From: Gammaproteobacteria bacterium
Lineage (GTDB): Bacteria > Pseudomonadota > Gammaproteobacteria > JABABF01
Length of the DNA: 64,000 nt
Direction of reading: 5' to 3'
Assembly: GCA_965205525.1 (NCBI GenBank)
Contig: OZ242171.1
Location: forward strand, 6,289 to 70,288
A model generated the notes under the pieces. It saw only the letters and a program-made list of their open reading frames with translations, did no database searches and had not been told where the DNA came from. This document shows positions 1-9,911 of this stretch, one piece after another. The translations under genes and the position numbers were made by a program. How positions within the stretch are numbered: position 1 is the stretch's first letter; each line of letters opens with the position of its first letter.

Positions 1-1
1 C

Positions 2-106
2 CGCATACGTCTATTCGGCGGCGCGGTGCTGGAGCGGGAGGAGGACATCCTGCGGGGCGAGCGCATTGAATACCTGCTGGAAGAGGCATCTTCACCAGGC
101 TCATGA
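2..106 (+). CDS. lptA: LptA C-terminal fragment (partial, continues upstream of window)
   Basis: In-frame translation ...IRLFGGAVLEREEDILRGERIEYLLEEASSPGS* matches the LptA C-terminal pattern (G.AVL..G.N.LRGERIEY). Its stop overlaps the lptB ATG (ATGA), the canonical lptA-lptB arrangement. Confidence 0.6.
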   Translation, partial: RIRLFGGAVLEREEDILRGERIEYLLEEASSPGS

Positions 107-822
107 ACTTGCTGAGAGCTGAGAATCTGGAAAAAAATTACGGTGCTGTTGCCGCGGTGTGCGATGTCTCCCTTGAAGTGCGCTCCGGCCAGGTGACGGG
201 TCTGCTCGGCCCAAACGGTGCCGGCAAGACAACCTGCTTTTACATGATGGCCGGCCTCATCACGCCGGACCGGGGCCGCCTCTTCTTAGACGGCAGCGAT
301 ATCACAGCGCTGCCCCTGCACCGGCGCGCTCGGTGCGGCATCGGCTACCTGCCCCAGGAGCCCTCGGTATTTCGCGGCATGAATGTGCGGGACAACCTTC
401 TCGCCATTCTTGAGGCCCGGAATGATCTGAACCGACAGGGCCGGGAGGCCCGGGCGGACGAGCTGCTGGAAAGATTTCAGCTGACAAATCTGCAGGGTAC
501 CAGAGCGAACCTGCTGTCCGGGGGCGAGCGGCGCCGGGTGGAGATTGCCAGGGTGCTGGCGCTGGCGCCGCGTTTTCTGCTCTTAGATGAGCCCTTTGCC
601 GGCATTGACCCGGTGGCAGTGGGAGGCATTAAAGAACTGCTCTGGCACCTGCGAAGCGAGAGCATCGGTGTGCTGCTCACGGATCACAATGTGCGCGAGG
701 CACTGGATGTCTGCGACGTCGCCTGTATCCTCGCAGAGGGTCGTCTGCTCGCTGAAGGCTCGCCGGAAGAGATTGTGGCCGACCCCCGGGTGCGCCGGGT
801 TTATCTCGGCGAGAGTTTCTAA
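103..822 (+). CDS. lptB: LPS export ABC transporter ATP-binding protein LptB
   Basis: Walker A GPNGAGKTT, ABC signature LSGGERRR and Walker B LLLDEP. Size (239 aa) and position after lptA fit LptB. Confidence 0.9.
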   Translation: MNLLRAENLEKNYGAVAAVCDVSLEVRSGQVTGLLGPNGAGKTTCFYMMAGLITPDRGRLFLDGSDITALPLHRRARCGIGYLPQEPSVFRGMNVRDNLLAILEARNDLNRQGREARADELLERFQLTNLQGTRANLLSGGERRRVEIARVLALAPRFLLLDEPFAGIDPVAVGGIKELLWHLRSESIGVLLTDHNVREALDVCDVACILAEGRLLAEGSPEEIVADPRVRRVYLGESF

Positions 823-873
823 TGCCTGCGTTTAGCTGTACACTTATGCGTGCTAGCGTAGCCTTCTCGTGCT

Positions 874-1362
874 GTGGACACTAACGCCACCCACCAACCC
901 TTGGAAATAAGTTCTCTCCTGACCTTGGAGAGAACCTGCTGCTGCTTTGATGGCAGCAGTCCCAAGCGCATTTTGCAGAATGTCGCCGGGCTGATCTCCA
1001 AGACGCTCCCGGGACTGGACGAAGAAGATCTTTTCTGCCGCCTCGCCGAACGGGAAAAAATCGGCAGCACGGCAATCGGCAACGGAGTTGCCATTCCCCA
1101 CTGTCGGACGCCGAATTGTCCCTCGGTCTTGGGCACCCTTCTGAAGCTGCGCGAAAAGGTGGATTTTTCTGCCCGGGACGGCCACCCGGTGGACATCCTG
1201 TTTGTTATGCTCGTGCCCATCGGTGCCGAAGAGCAGCACCTGCGGGTGCTGGCCCTGTTGGCCCGTCATTTTGCCCGCCCGGAATTCTGCCGGCAACTGC
1301 GGGATGCAGACAGCGACGAGGCCTTGTATCGGGTGGCTGTGGAGTATCGGCCGCCGCAATGA
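874..1362 (+). CDS. ptsN: PTS IIA-Ntr nitrogen regulatory protein PtsN
   Basis: PTS EIIA-2 fold with active-site His context (GVAIPHCRT), 162 aa. It is followed by rapZ and npr as in canonical ptsN loci. Confidence 0.85.
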   Translation: MDTNATHQPLEISSLLTLERTCCCFDGSSPKRILQNVAGLISKTLPGLDEEDLFCRLAEREKIGSTAIGNGVAIPHCRTPNCPSVLGTLLKLREKVDFSARDGHPVDILFVMLVPIGAEEQHLRVLALLARHFARPEFCRQLRDADSDEALYRVAVEYRPPQ

Positions 1363-2243
1363 AAGAGGAGGAGAAAGGGAAGCGCTTTATCGTCTTAAGC
1401 GGCCGTTCCGGATCCGGCAAGACGGTGGCCCTGCGCCAGCTGGAGGATGCGGGTTTCTACTGCGTGGACAACCTGCCGGCAGGCCTGATTGAGCCACTGC
1501 TCAAGCAGACCCTGCACAGTGCGGAGCCGGTTTATAAATGGGTGGCGGTGGCGGTGGATGCCCGCAACCTGGAAAGCGATATGACCCAGGTGACGGTGCT
1601 GGTAGAGAGACAGCGCAGCGAAGAGGGCCTGCGGGCCGAGATCATCTACCTTGATGCAGATGACGCGACGCTGCAGCGCCGTTTTCAGGAAACCCGGCGG
1701 CGGCATCCCCTGAGCTCGGCAAGCGCAGACCTGAAAGAGGCCATTGCCCGCGAGCAGACGATTCTGGCCCCGCTGCGAGAAAAGGCAGGGCTGTGCATCA
1801 ACACCTCCACCATCAACCTGCACGAGCTGCAGGACAAAATCGTGGAGCGGGTGGTCGGCCCGGAGGGCGGCAAGGATTTATCACTGCAATTTCTGTCATT
1901 CGGCTACAAGAGCGGGGTGCCGCCGGATGCAGACTTGGTCTTTGATGCGCGCTGTCTGCCCAATCCCCATTGGGAGAGCAGCTTGAAGAATCTGACCGGT
2001 TGCGACCGCCCCGTGGTTGATTTCTTAGACAGCAAGCAAGAGGCGAAGGAGTTGCTGGCGGATATTCAGTCCTACTTGGAAAAATGGCTGCCCCTCTTGG
2101 AATCCCGCAGCTACCTGACCGTCGCAGTGGGCTGTACCGGTGGCCAGCACCGCTCTGTCTACATGTGCGAGCAGCTGCAAAAATGTTTCCAGGAGCGTTT
2201 TCCCCATGTGCTGGTCAGCCACCGGGAGCATCCGAAATCATAG
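1359..2243 (+). CDS. rapZ: RNase adapter protein RapZ (YhbJ), P-loop ATPase
   Basis: The ATG at 1359 overlaps the ptsN stop (ATGA). N-terminal P-loop GRSGSGKT and conserved RapZ C-terminal region (CTGGQHRSV). The listed ORF start at 1116 is an upstream in-frame extension overlapping ptsN and is not used. Confidence 0.9.
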   Translation: MKEEEKGKRFIVLSGRSGSGKTVALRQLEDAGFYCVDNLPAGLIEPLLKQTLHSAEPVYKWVAVAVDARNLESDMTQVTVLVERQRSEEGLRAEIIYLDADDATLQRRFQETRRRHPLSSASADLKEAIAREQTILAPLREKAGLCINTSTINLHELQDKIVERVVGPEGGKDLSLQFLSFGYKSGVPPDADLVFDARCLPNPHWESSLKNLTGCDRPVVDFLDSKQEAKELLADIQSYLEKWLPLLESRSYLTVAVGCTGGQHRSVYMCEQLQKCFQERFPHVLVSHREHPKS

Positions 2244-2290
2244 GAAGGCTTCATCCGGGATAAGATTAGCCTGTAAGAGGAAATAGGCAG

Positions 2291-2581
2291 ATGATTAAAT
2301 CCCGGGTCAAAATAGTCAATAAATTAGGTCTCCATACCCGGGCCGTCGGCCTGTTCGTGGAGATGGCCTCTCGTTTCCGCTGCGAGGTGCGAGTCGGCAC
2401 CGGGGAGCAGATGGTGGACGGCAAGAACGTCATGCAGATCATGCTGCTGGCCGCTGGCCACGGCACCAGCTTGCACCTGCATGCTGAGGGTGACGATGCT
2501 CGGGAGGCGATGAGCGCCCTCTGTGCCTTGGTAAAAGACGGCTTCGGCGAAGATGAGAAGGAACATGGCAAGCATTCCTGA
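2291..2581 (+). CDS. ptsO: HPr-family phosphocarrier protein NPr (PtsO)
   Basis: 96-aa HPr fold with active His (GLHTRAV) and the regulatory Ser region. Position after rapZ matches npr. Confidence 0.85.
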   Translation: MIKSRVKIVNKLGLHTRAVGLFVEMASRFRCEVRVGTGEQMVDGKNVMQIMLLAAGHGTSLHLHAEGDDAREAMSALCALVKDGFGEDEKEHGKHS

Positions 2582-3938
2582 CGGTCAGCCCCCGGTCGCC
2601 GAGCGGCTGCGGATCATTACCGAGGCTCTCGGCGCCGGCGGGGAAGGCGCCATAGAGGGTGTGCGCCGCCTGCTGGCCGGCCTGTCGGCGGAGCGCATCG
2701 CTCACCTCTTGGAATCCTCGCCGCCCAAGGTGCGCCGGATTGCCTGGGAGCTGGTGGACCCAGAGCGGGAGGGAGAGGTCCTGCCGTTGCTGAGTGATCA
2801 GCTGAGCGGCGAACTGCTGGAGAGAATGGATGCAGCAGAGGTAGCCCTCATCGCCAAAAATATGGCGGCAGATGATGTGGCCGACCTTCTTCACAACCTG
2901 CCGGATGCCGTCGCCCGCCAAGTGCTGGAAGCCATGGACATACAGAATCGGCGGCGCGTGGAGCGGGTGCTGGAATTTGAGGATGATACTGCCGGCGGCA
3001 TGATGAACACGGATGCCATCACGGTGCGGGCGGCCCTGACTCTGGACGTGGTGCTGCGCTATCTGCGCTACCACGAGAGCTTGCCCCCTTCCTTGGACAG
3101 CCTGTTTGTTGTGGACCGCCGGGATCACTTTCTCGGTATTCTCCCTTTGCAGCGCATCCTGCTTGCCGAGCCGAGCATGACTGTGCGGGAATTCATGGAG
3201 ACAGATGTGCAGGCTTTGCCCGCCTCCCTTGCCGTCCCGAAGGTGATCGAGCTGTTTGACCGCCACGACTGGGTGTCGGCACCGGTGGTGGATGAAGAGG
3301 GGATTCTGCTCGGGCGCATTACGGTGGATGATGTGCTGGACCGGACCCGCGAGATAGCCGACCGCTCCCTGTTCCTGCGTTTCGGACTCGGTGCCGGCGA
3401 GGAGGATACCTTTGCACCGGCACTGCGGGCACTGCCCGGGCGCATGGTCTGGCTCGGCATCAACTTGGCCACTGCTTTTATTGCCGCTGCGGTCATTCGC
3501 CTGTTTGAGGACACTCTGGACAAGGTGGTGCTGCTGGCCGTGATGATGCCGGTCGTTGCCAGCATGGGCGGCATCGCCGGCAGTCAGACCCTGACTGTGG
3601 TGATCCGGGGTACCTCCCTCGGCCACATCAGCGAGCGCAATGTCGGCTGGCTTTTCAGCCGGGAGATGCTGCTGGGCATCCTGAACGGTCTTCTGTACGC
3701 AGCGGTTGTGCAGGTGGTGGCCTGGCTGTGGCTGGGAGACACCAAGCTCGGCATACTCCTCGCTATCGCTTTGGTGATCAACCTGCTGGTAGGCGCGGCA
3801 ACCGGTGTCGCCCTGCCGATCATTTTGCGTCAGCTGAACATTGACCCGGCGGTGGCTGCCAGTGTCATCCTGACCACGGTGACCGATGTGGTCGGATTTT
3901 TTTCTTTCCTGGGCTTGGCGACACTCGCTTACGGCTGA
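2553..3938 (+). CDS. mgtE: Magnesium transporter MgtE
   Basis: MgtE N-domain, tandem CBS region and C-terminal five-TM MgtE channel domain with an acidic/Pro-rich cytosolic face. An alternative start at M-5 (2565) is possible. Confidence 0.85.
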   Translation: MRRNMASIPDGQPPVAERLRIITEALGAGGEGAIEGVRRLLAGLSAERIAHLLESSPPKVRRIAWELVDPEREGEVLPLLSDQLSGELLERMDAAEVALIAKNMAADDVADLLHNLPDAVARQVLEAMDIQNRRRVERVLEFEDDTAGGMMNTDAITVRAALTLDVVLRYLRYHESLPPSLDSLFVVDRRDHFLGILPLQRILLAEPSMTVREFMETDVQALPASLAVPKVIELFDRHDWVSAPVVDEEGILLGRITVDDVLDRTREIADRSLFLRFGLGAGEEDTFAPALRALPGRMVWLGINLATAFIAAAVIRLFEDTLDKVVLLAVMMPVVASMGGIAGSQTLTVVIRGTSLGHISERNVGWLFSREMLLGILNGLLYAAVVQVVAWLWLGDTKLGILLAIALVINLLVGAATGVALPIILRQLNIDPAVAASVILTTVTDVVGFFSFLGLATLAYG

Positions 3939-6763
3939 GCGGTCTCTGAAGACGGCTGCGTCTTCGGGGCGACAATCAGCTCCAGCTTCAGGCTGTGCCA
4001 AGGGCCGCTCACCCGGAACTTCGCTTTCGGCCCAATATTGGTGGATGTGCGAATGACTTTCCCCACTACCCAAGTGCCCGCAGCGAGTGCAGGCGTGCCC
4101 TGCAGCAGGAGCGAGAGGAGGGGCAGGTTGCCGATCATGGCAAAGGAGGCGGCCAGCTCTCCCTCAAAGCTGCGCTCGCGCAGATTGACGGTGCCGGTCA
4201 GCACAAAGCGGCTGCCGCCGCTTGATTCGACCTCAAAACCGTCCGGGCCCTGCAGTATCAGCAGGCCAGCGTCCAGCTGCCCGACAGCCGTGACATTGTC
4301 GTAGTCCAGCCCGCCGCCGCCTGTCACCACGTCTGTCACCACGCCTGTCACCGCGCTGACCGGGTCCTGCTGCAGGCGCTGGAACAGGCTTTCAATGTTG
4401 AACAGCTCCAGCAGACGCAAAGGTCCCGGTGACTGCACTTGGAGAAACCTCCCGTTCTGCAGGCGCAGTCGTGCGGAGCCGGTGCTCTTCTCAATGGAAA
4501 AATCCTGAGGATCGCCGGGCCATTGCAGGTTTGCCTGTATGCGCCCATCCGGTTTTACTTCGGTGATGTCACAGTTGCTGGCAGCGATAATTTTCGGCCA
4601 GTCGCAGAATCGTATTTCCCCGTCAAAGTGCGAGCGGCTGTCCGCGCTGTCTGTATGCCACACCAGGGTGGCCCCGTCACCCTTGCGGCTGTCAATGCGG
4701 ATGGCACCGATGTCTCCCTGCAATTCCCGGAGCACTATGCGGCCGGGCTCCAGTTTTGCTGCAAACTGCCAGCTGCCCTTTTCCTCGCCGTCATACCGCA
4801 GATCTGCGATTCGTGCCCGAAGTGCGAGGGTTGCTGACGACGATATGCCTCTGCTTTCCTGCAGTGTCGGCAGATGCAGGTATTCCAAATCGGCGCGCAG
4901 CGGCTCCCCCTGGCGGGTGCTCTCCAGTGTGCCGCCGGTCAGCGGCGTGTCCAGACGCAGCAGCCATTGCTTGGCGTTGTGCTGGAATTTTGCATTGCCC
5001 CCGGACCAGGTATGGCCGAAGGCCTCACCCTCGGTGATGCCAAGAGAGATCTCCAGTTCAGGGCGCATATAACGCAGGCTTCCTTGCAGCCCCTTGAGAT
5101 ACAGGCTGCTCATCGGTGTCAGAGCCACCCCTTCAAAGTCCCCATGCACTTCTATTTTCACCTCGTCCAGCCGTGTGCGTTTCATCGGGCCGCGGAGGTC
5201 TACCGACAGCTGGCGCAGGAGGCCCTGCCCCCCGGCATCAACTGCCCAGGACGGTATTTTTTTGCGCGCCGCCTTCGGAATGTGCTCCAGTCCCTGGTTT
5301 AGATTTATGTCTCTGCCATCTAAATGCAGTTTGAGTCGCGGCGCAAAGATTCCGGGTTTCTTTGCCACGCGAAGGTCAAAATAGCCCTGCACCTGGCCGC
5401 GCTCACCGAGCCTTGCCCGCAGGCTTCGCCCTTGCAGGAGAATCTGCTCGCCCTCTGTCCGCCAGTACAGAGAAACGCCCGCATCCCGATATTGCTGCGC
5501 TTTCGGGTACAAAAGCGCCAGGTGGAATTTCATGTTTTCGCTGAAGGCCTCAAAGGAGCCTTCACTGGGATTGACTTTCAGCTGACCCTGCAACCTGTTA
5601 ACACTGGGCACACCTTTCCAGGACTCCAGCGCAAGACCATCCACCGATGCCTCTAGCTGCCAGTTTGCTTTGGGCTTGTCGGCGGGCATGCGCAGCAGGA
5701 CATTCTGCAAATTCCCCTGGGGCTGCATGATGGCAAGGGCTGCTCTCGTGCGCTGTCCCAGCGGCAGGGTCTGTAGCGCAATGGCGGATAGTTCCTCAAT
5801 CCTGACGCTGTCGGAGTAAAACAGCTGTCCCGCTTTTGAGCCAGCGGCGGCGAGCGCATTAATTTTTACCGGTGTGCCCTCCGAGGAGAAGCGCACCTGC
5901 CGCCCCTCCATGTGCCAGTGCTGCCGGTCGCGCATGCTGAAGGTGAACAGCCCGCTGGCATCGGCGAGATGCATGTCTCCCTGTTCTGCGTATCGGCGTA
6001 TGCTGTCCGCCTGCAATCGCGCTGTGCTGTTCAAACCCCGCCTCCGATGCCAGCCGAGCCAGAGCTCTGCGCTGGCGCCTTGGGTCTGCAGTTCGGTGCC
6101 GAAGGGCAGTCTCTGCCAGGGCAGGGCATCCAGGCCAGCCACTGCATGGGCATTTATAGAATGCAGGCGGCCGTTCCAGTCACGCCGGATCTCGCCGAGA
6201 ACATGCAGGGCATCATTTGCGTGGGCTCCGCTGACCGATAATCTGAGGCTTCTGAAACCTGTTTGCCGCATGCGTGCATCCTGTACTGTCAGGTCATACT
6301 GCCCGCCGTCAGTTGCGTGCAGTTCAACCCGGCAGTTTTGAACTTCTGCCGCCACAATGCCAGACAGGTACTTGGGCAATGCCATCCCATCAGATCCGCC
6401 GCCGCCGGGAGACGGCGCGTCCAGCCGGATAAAACAATCCTCTGCCCGCACATGGTGCAAACGCGGGATGAGATAAAACAGGCTCTGCACGAGGCGGAGG
6501 TCCAGCTCCAGGCTGTGTACGCCAAAAACCTCCTGTCCGGGAGCCCCGATGTGCAGCCCGCTAAAGCTGAGCTGGGGATGAAGGCGCAGCCCATCACCCT
6601 GCAGACCCTCTATCTGCACGGGCATTTCAATGTTTTCGGACAGTATTCGGGCAATAGTTTCCCGATACTTGTCCGCATGATGTATGCCGACCCGAACCAG
6701 CAGGGAATAGACGGCCAGGAGTGCGAGCAGCACTGTTGCCGAAATAAAAATCCTTCTCATCAT
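3929..6763 (-). CDS. yhdP: AsmA-family (YhdP-like, DUF3971/AsmA2) inner-membrane anchored envelope protein
   Basis: N-terminal TM helix followed by a long periplasmic beta-rich region. Collinear similarity to YhdP at N- and C-termini and synteny next to mreBCD as in enterobacteria. Shorter (944 aa) than E. coli YhdP. Confidence 0.7.
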   Translation of the reverse strand: MMRRIFISATVLLALLAVYSLLVRVGIHHADKYRETIARILSENIEMPVQIEGLQGDGLRLHPQLSFSGLHIGAPGQEVFGVHSLELDLRLVQSLFYLIPRLHHVRAEDCFIRLDAPSPGGGGSDGMALPKYLSGIVAAEVQNCRVELHATDGGQYDLTVQDARMRQTGFRSLRLSVSGAHANDALHVLGEIRRDWNGRLHSINAHAVAGLDALPWQRLPFGTELQTQGASAELWLGWHRRRGLNSTARLQADSIRRYAEQGDMHLADASGLFTFSMRDRQHWHMEGRQVRFSSEGTPVKINALAAAGSKAGQLFYSDSVRIEELSAIALQTLPLGQRTRAALAIMQPQGNLQNVLLRMPADKPKANWQLEASVDGLALESWKGVPSVNRLQGQLKVNPSEGSFEAFSENMKFHLALLYPKAQQYRDAGVSLYWRTEGEQILLQGRSLRARLGERGQVQGYFDLRVAKKPGIFAPRLKLHLDGRDINLNQGLEHIPKAARKKIPSWAVDAGGQGLLRQLSVDLRGPMKRTRLDEVKIEVHGDFEGVALTPMSSLYLKGLQGSLRYMRPELEISLGITEGEAFGHTWSGGNAKFQHNAKQWLLRLDTPLTGGTLESTRQGEPLRADLEYLHLPTLQESRGISSSATLALRARIADLRYDGEEKGSWQFAAKLEPGRIVLRELQGDIGAIRIDSRKGDGATLVWHTDSADSRSHFDGEIRFCDWPKIIAASNCDITEVKPDGRIQANLQWPGDPQDFSIEKSTGSARLRLQNGRFLQVQSPGPLRLLELFNIESLFQRLQQDPVSAVTGVVTDVVTGGGGLDYDNVTAVGQLDAGLLILQGPDGFEVESSGGSRFVLTGTVNLRERSFEGELAASFAMIGNLPLLSLLLQGTPALAAGTWVVGKVIRTSTNIGPKAKFRVSGPWHSLKLELIVAPKTQPSSETAQP

Positions 6764-6778
6764 GTTTACGACTCCCTG

Positions 6779-7282
6779 TCAGTCACGTTCAAAGCTAAGG
6801 AGGAGGGTTTCTAAGCGCGCACTCATAAGTGGCCACAGGAGTGCACCAGCCAAGGCGGGCAGCCCGAAGAAGAAACCGGCGGGGCGCTCGGTGAGCAGAT
6901 TGACTGCGCTGCATATCCCGTGCAGACCGAGCAGCGGGAGCAGGATCAGGATGGCCTGCTGCCAGAATTGAGTGGCAAATTCCATGCGGTGCCGCAGAGC
7001 CAGTGCCAGCTGCGCCAGCAATGCCATGCCGAGTGCATATTTTCCCAGCGGGCCGCCGACCAGCATATCCAGCAGCAGGCCGAGCATGCCTCCGGTGAAT
7101 ACGCCGAAGTGCATGCTGGGATAGCGATGTATGCAGTGCAGAAGTACCAGTCCGCTCCAAAAGGGCCATAGCCAGTGCAGCCAGTCCGGGATGGCGAGAA
7201 GGTGCAGGGCAAAGGCGACGAAGAAGGATGCGGCGACGAATAGACGCAGCTGGGTGGTGACAGAAAAGTGCGGGGCAGCCAT
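6779..7282 (-). CDS. mreD: Rod shape-determining protein MreD
   Basis: Small polytopic membrane protein immediately downstream of mreC. Start chosen at the internal Met overlapping the mreC stop (TAATG) rather than the longer ORF to 7345. Confidence 0.8.
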   Translation of the reverse strand: MAAPHFSVTTQLRLFVAASFFVAFALHLLAIPDWLHWLWPFWSGLVLLHCIHRYPSMHFGVFTGGMLGLLLDMLVGGPLGKYALGMALLAQLALALRHRMEFATQFWQQAILILLPLLGLHGICSAVNLLTERPAGFFFGLPALAGALLWPLMSARLETLLLSFERD

Positions 7283-8070
7283 CAGGGCGTAGCTTTTTCG
7301 TAGGGGAGGACCGGGAATGCCAGCAGCAGGAGACGGCTTTGCCACAGGTGCGCCAGAGGCCTCGCATACACGATCAGGAAAGGCGCTGCAATATCATCTT
7401 CCACTTCGGTTACCTCTGCTGCGGGATAACCGGCCGGAAAGCGCCTCCCCAACCCCGAGCTGAGCAGGATGTCCCCCTTTTGAATATCTGCGGTATGCGT
7501 GATGTGCCTGAGCTTCAGTCGGTCCTGTCTGCCCTCGCCATCTGCCACAGCACGGATGCCGTTGCGCCGCACTTCCACCGGCAGCGCGTGACTGCCATCG
7601 GTAATAAGCAGCACCCGGCTGGTGTAGGGGGTCGTTGCCACCACCTGTCCGATTACACCGTAGGCATCCAGCACGGCGTGTCCGACCTGAACACCGTCGG
7701 CAGCGCCCTGATTGAGGAGCAGGTGATGAGAAGCCGGTGCAGAGGAGAGGCTGATCACCTTGGCAACGGTCAGGTTGTCCTGCAGGCGCTCACGGGCCTT
7801 CAGCAATTGGCGCAATTCACGATTCTCGCTGTGGAGGGCTTCGGCGGCCTGCAGGCGGCCGTTGGCGAAAAGATTCTCTGTGCGCAGACGCTGATTCTCC
7901 TGCATTATTTTCCGGCGGCTAGAGAAGGCTTCTATGCCTAGGCTCAGGCTGCGTCCAGGGAAGGCCAAGGTCCAGTGCAGGGGGGTTGCAAGCGCCAGCC
8001 CAAGAACATGTATCGGATGCAGAAGATGGGGCCGCGAATGCTCTGTAATCAGCAGGCCGGTTGCCAGCAC
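7282..8070 (-). CDS. mreC: Rod shape-determining protein MreC
   Basis: N-terminal coiled-coil (ENQRLRTENL...NRELRQLL) and C-terminal beta domain typical of MreC. Lies between mreB and mreD. Confidence 0.9.
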   Translation of the reverse strand: MLATGLLITEHSRPHLLHPIHVLGLALATPLHWTLAFPGRSLSLGIEAFSSRRKIMQENQRLRTENLFANGRLQAAEALHSENRELRQLLKARERLQDNLTVAKVISLSSAPASHHLLLNQGAADGVQVGHAVLDAYGVIGQVVATTPYTSRVLLITDGSHALPVEVRRNGIRAVADGEGRQDRLKLRHITHTADIQKGDILLSSGLGRRFPAGYPAAEVTEVEDDIAAPFLIVYARPLAHLWQSRLLLLAFPVLPYEKATP

Positions 8071-8145
8071 CGCGACGATGGCAAGTCTGGCAGCCGGTGT
8101 ATGCGTTTTGAAAAATAGAGCTCTGATGAGATTCTCCGGGCAGGC

Positions 8146-9183
8146 TTATTCCATCGCCAGCAGGTCCAGTCTCTGTGAATCCATTATTTTCAGCGCTTCG
8201 CCGCCGCCCCGAGCAACACAGGTCAGGGGCTCTTCGGCAATGATGACGGTCAGTCCCGTCTCCTTGCTCAGCAGGCGGTCCATGCCGCGCAGCAGAGCGC
8301 CGCCGCCGGTCAGCACCATCCCTTTTTCGGCGATGTCCGAGGCCAGCTCAGGCTGTGTCTGCTCCAAGGCCTTCTTGACCGCGTTCACAATGTTAGTCAG
8401 GGGCTCTCGCAGGGCATCCAGGACTTCGGAATTGGTGATGGTCAGCTCCCGGGGGATGCCTTCAGCCAGGTTGCGCACCCTCGTATGGTATTCGCGCACC
8501 TCTTTCTCCGGGAAGGCGCAGCCGACCTGGTGCTTGATTTTCTCCGCCGTGGCGATGCCGATGATGCTGCCATACTTATGGCGCACATAGTTGATGATCA
8601 TCTCGTCAAAACGATCGCCCCCTATGCGCACTGATTCGGAATACACCACGCCGTTCAGGGAGATCACGGCAATCTCAGTGGTGCCGCCGCCGATATCCAC
8701 CACCATGCAGCCGGAGGGAGCGCTCACATCCAAGCCCGCTCCGATGGCGGCGGCCATCGGCTCTTCTAGCAGCACCACCCGGCGCGCGCCGGCACTGAGA
8801 GCGGACTCGCGGATAGCGCGCCGCTCCACCTGGGTGGATTTGCAGGGGACGCAGATCAGAACCCTGGGGCTGGGGCGGATGAAGTTAACTCTGTGCACCT
8901 TTGCCATGAAGTACTGGAGCATCTTCTCCGTCACCCGGAAATCCGCGATGACGCCGTCCTTCAGCGGCCGGATCGCCTCAATATTGAGCGGGGTGCGTCC
9001 TAGCATCAGCTTGGCCTCGCCCCCCACCGCTTCTACGATGGTCTGCCCCCGGTGTTCCCGGATAGCCACCACCGATGGCTCGTTCAGCACTATCCCCTTG
9101 TCCCGCATGTAGATGAGGGTATTGGCCGTGCCTAGGTCAATGGACAGGTCGCTGGAAAAAAAGCCTCGTAATAATTTAAACAT
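8146..9183 (-). CDS. mreB: Rod shape-determining actin homolog MreB
   Basis: Actin/Hsp70 fold motifs ([10 protein letters not shown], phosphate-2 [10 protein letters not shown]). 345 aa. Confidence 0.95.
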   Translation of the reverse strand: MFKLLRGFFSSDLSIDLGTANTLIYMRDKGIVLNEPSVVAIREHRGQTIVEAVGGEAKLMLGRTPLNIEAIRPLKDGVIADFRVTEKMLQYFMAKVHRVNFIRPSPRVLICVPCKSTQVERRAIRESALSAGARRVVLLEEPMAAAIGAGLDVSAPSGCMVVDIGGGTTEIAVISLNGVVYSESVRIGGDRFDEMIINYVRHKYGSIIGIATAEKIKHQVGCAFPEKEVREYHTRVRNLAEGIPRELTITNSEVLDALREPLTNIVNAVKKALEQTQPELASDIAEKGMVLTGGGALLRGMDRLLSKETGLTVIIAEEPLTCVARGGGEALKIMDSQRLDLLAME

Positions 9184-9562
9184 CAGTAATACCGTAGATT
9201 GTTGCAGTTTTCAGATTCCTAGCCTGTGTAATGTAGCGATTCATGACTTTATCGGCAAGAGAGGGCCTGCTCGTCCCCCTCCCGCACTCCCCGCTCTCAT
9301 AAGCCGGAATCGATTTTCTGCCTGTTATGCTCTCATAAAGGCAGGCTTGGATGGGCAATTATATTCCTGTCTGCCGGGCTTCGCTGTGGACGGCGATTCC
9401 AACTGTCCTATCGCAGCCAGCGTGTGCTTGGCCGACTGCCGAATTATACCCTTTGGCAGAATCTCTGCCCTGAACAGGGAGGGACGGCGGGATGAGCCGA
9501 TAGGTTCTGACGGGATTGCGGGCATTCTTTGCTGTAGAATTTACCTTGCTCAGAGCAAACCT

Positions 9563-9901
9563 ATGCGAATCGCTAATACATTGCCATGCGTGGTCTTGCT
9601 GACCGCACTCCTGACGGCGAGCTGCAGCGAGGAGCAGGATGCAGCTCCGACGGATGATCCGGCAATCGTGGAAAGGCAATATAATCGCAGTTGCGCTGCC
9701 TGCCATGCCTCCGGTTCTGCGGGTGCATACCGCACCGGCGATGCTGCTGCTTGGGCGCCAGTGCTTGCCAAGGGGATGGATGTGCTGCTGGCAAATGTCC
9801 GCAGCGGCTACCGCTCAATGCCGCCAATGGGTCTGTGCAACCAGTGCTCGGAGGAAGATTTTCGTCGCCTGATAATTTATATGGCACAGTCGAAGAACTA
9901 G
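9563..9901 (+). CDS. Class I c-type cytochrome (c5-like), probable lipoprotein
   Basis: Single CAACH heme-binding motif with a Met ligand region downstream and a lipobox-like LLTASC after the signal peptide. The N-terminal 150 codons of the listed 9113..9901 ORF lie in the mreB promoter region and were discarded. Confidence 0.75.
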   Translation: MRIANTLPCVVLLTALLTASCSEEQDAAPTDDPAIVERQYNRSCAACHASGSAGAYRTGDAAAWAPVLAKGMDVLLANVRSGYRSMPPMGLCNQCSEEDFRRLIIYMAQSKN

Positions 9902-9911
9902 AGAGAGATAG

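Noticed and set aside
1116-1358. Upstream extension of the rapZ ORF (start 1116), overlapping ptsN in another frame
   Set aside because: RapZ homology begins at MKEEEKGKRFIVLSGRSGSGKT (ATG 1359, ATGA overlap with ptsN stop). The extension is a GC-rich shadow frame.
2439-4073. 544-aa ORF antisense to mgtE, and similar long antisense/shadow ORFs
   Set aside because: High-GC shadow ORFs opposite well-supported genes, with Arg/Ala/Pro/Gly-rich low-complexity translations and no motifs. They include 15782..16555(-), 16557..17639(-), 19107..20033(+), 20012..20755(+), 20887..21687(+), 23667..24395(-), 24875..25570(-), 42194..43273(+), 43749..45176(+), 54263..55102(+), 61848..62927(-) and 39490..40557(+).
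9113-9562. N-terminal 150 codons of the 262-aa ORF 9113..9901
   Set aside because: Only the last 112 codons (from ATG 9563) look like a cytochrome c with a signal/lipobox. The upstream part overlaps the mreB start and promoter region and has no protein-like features.
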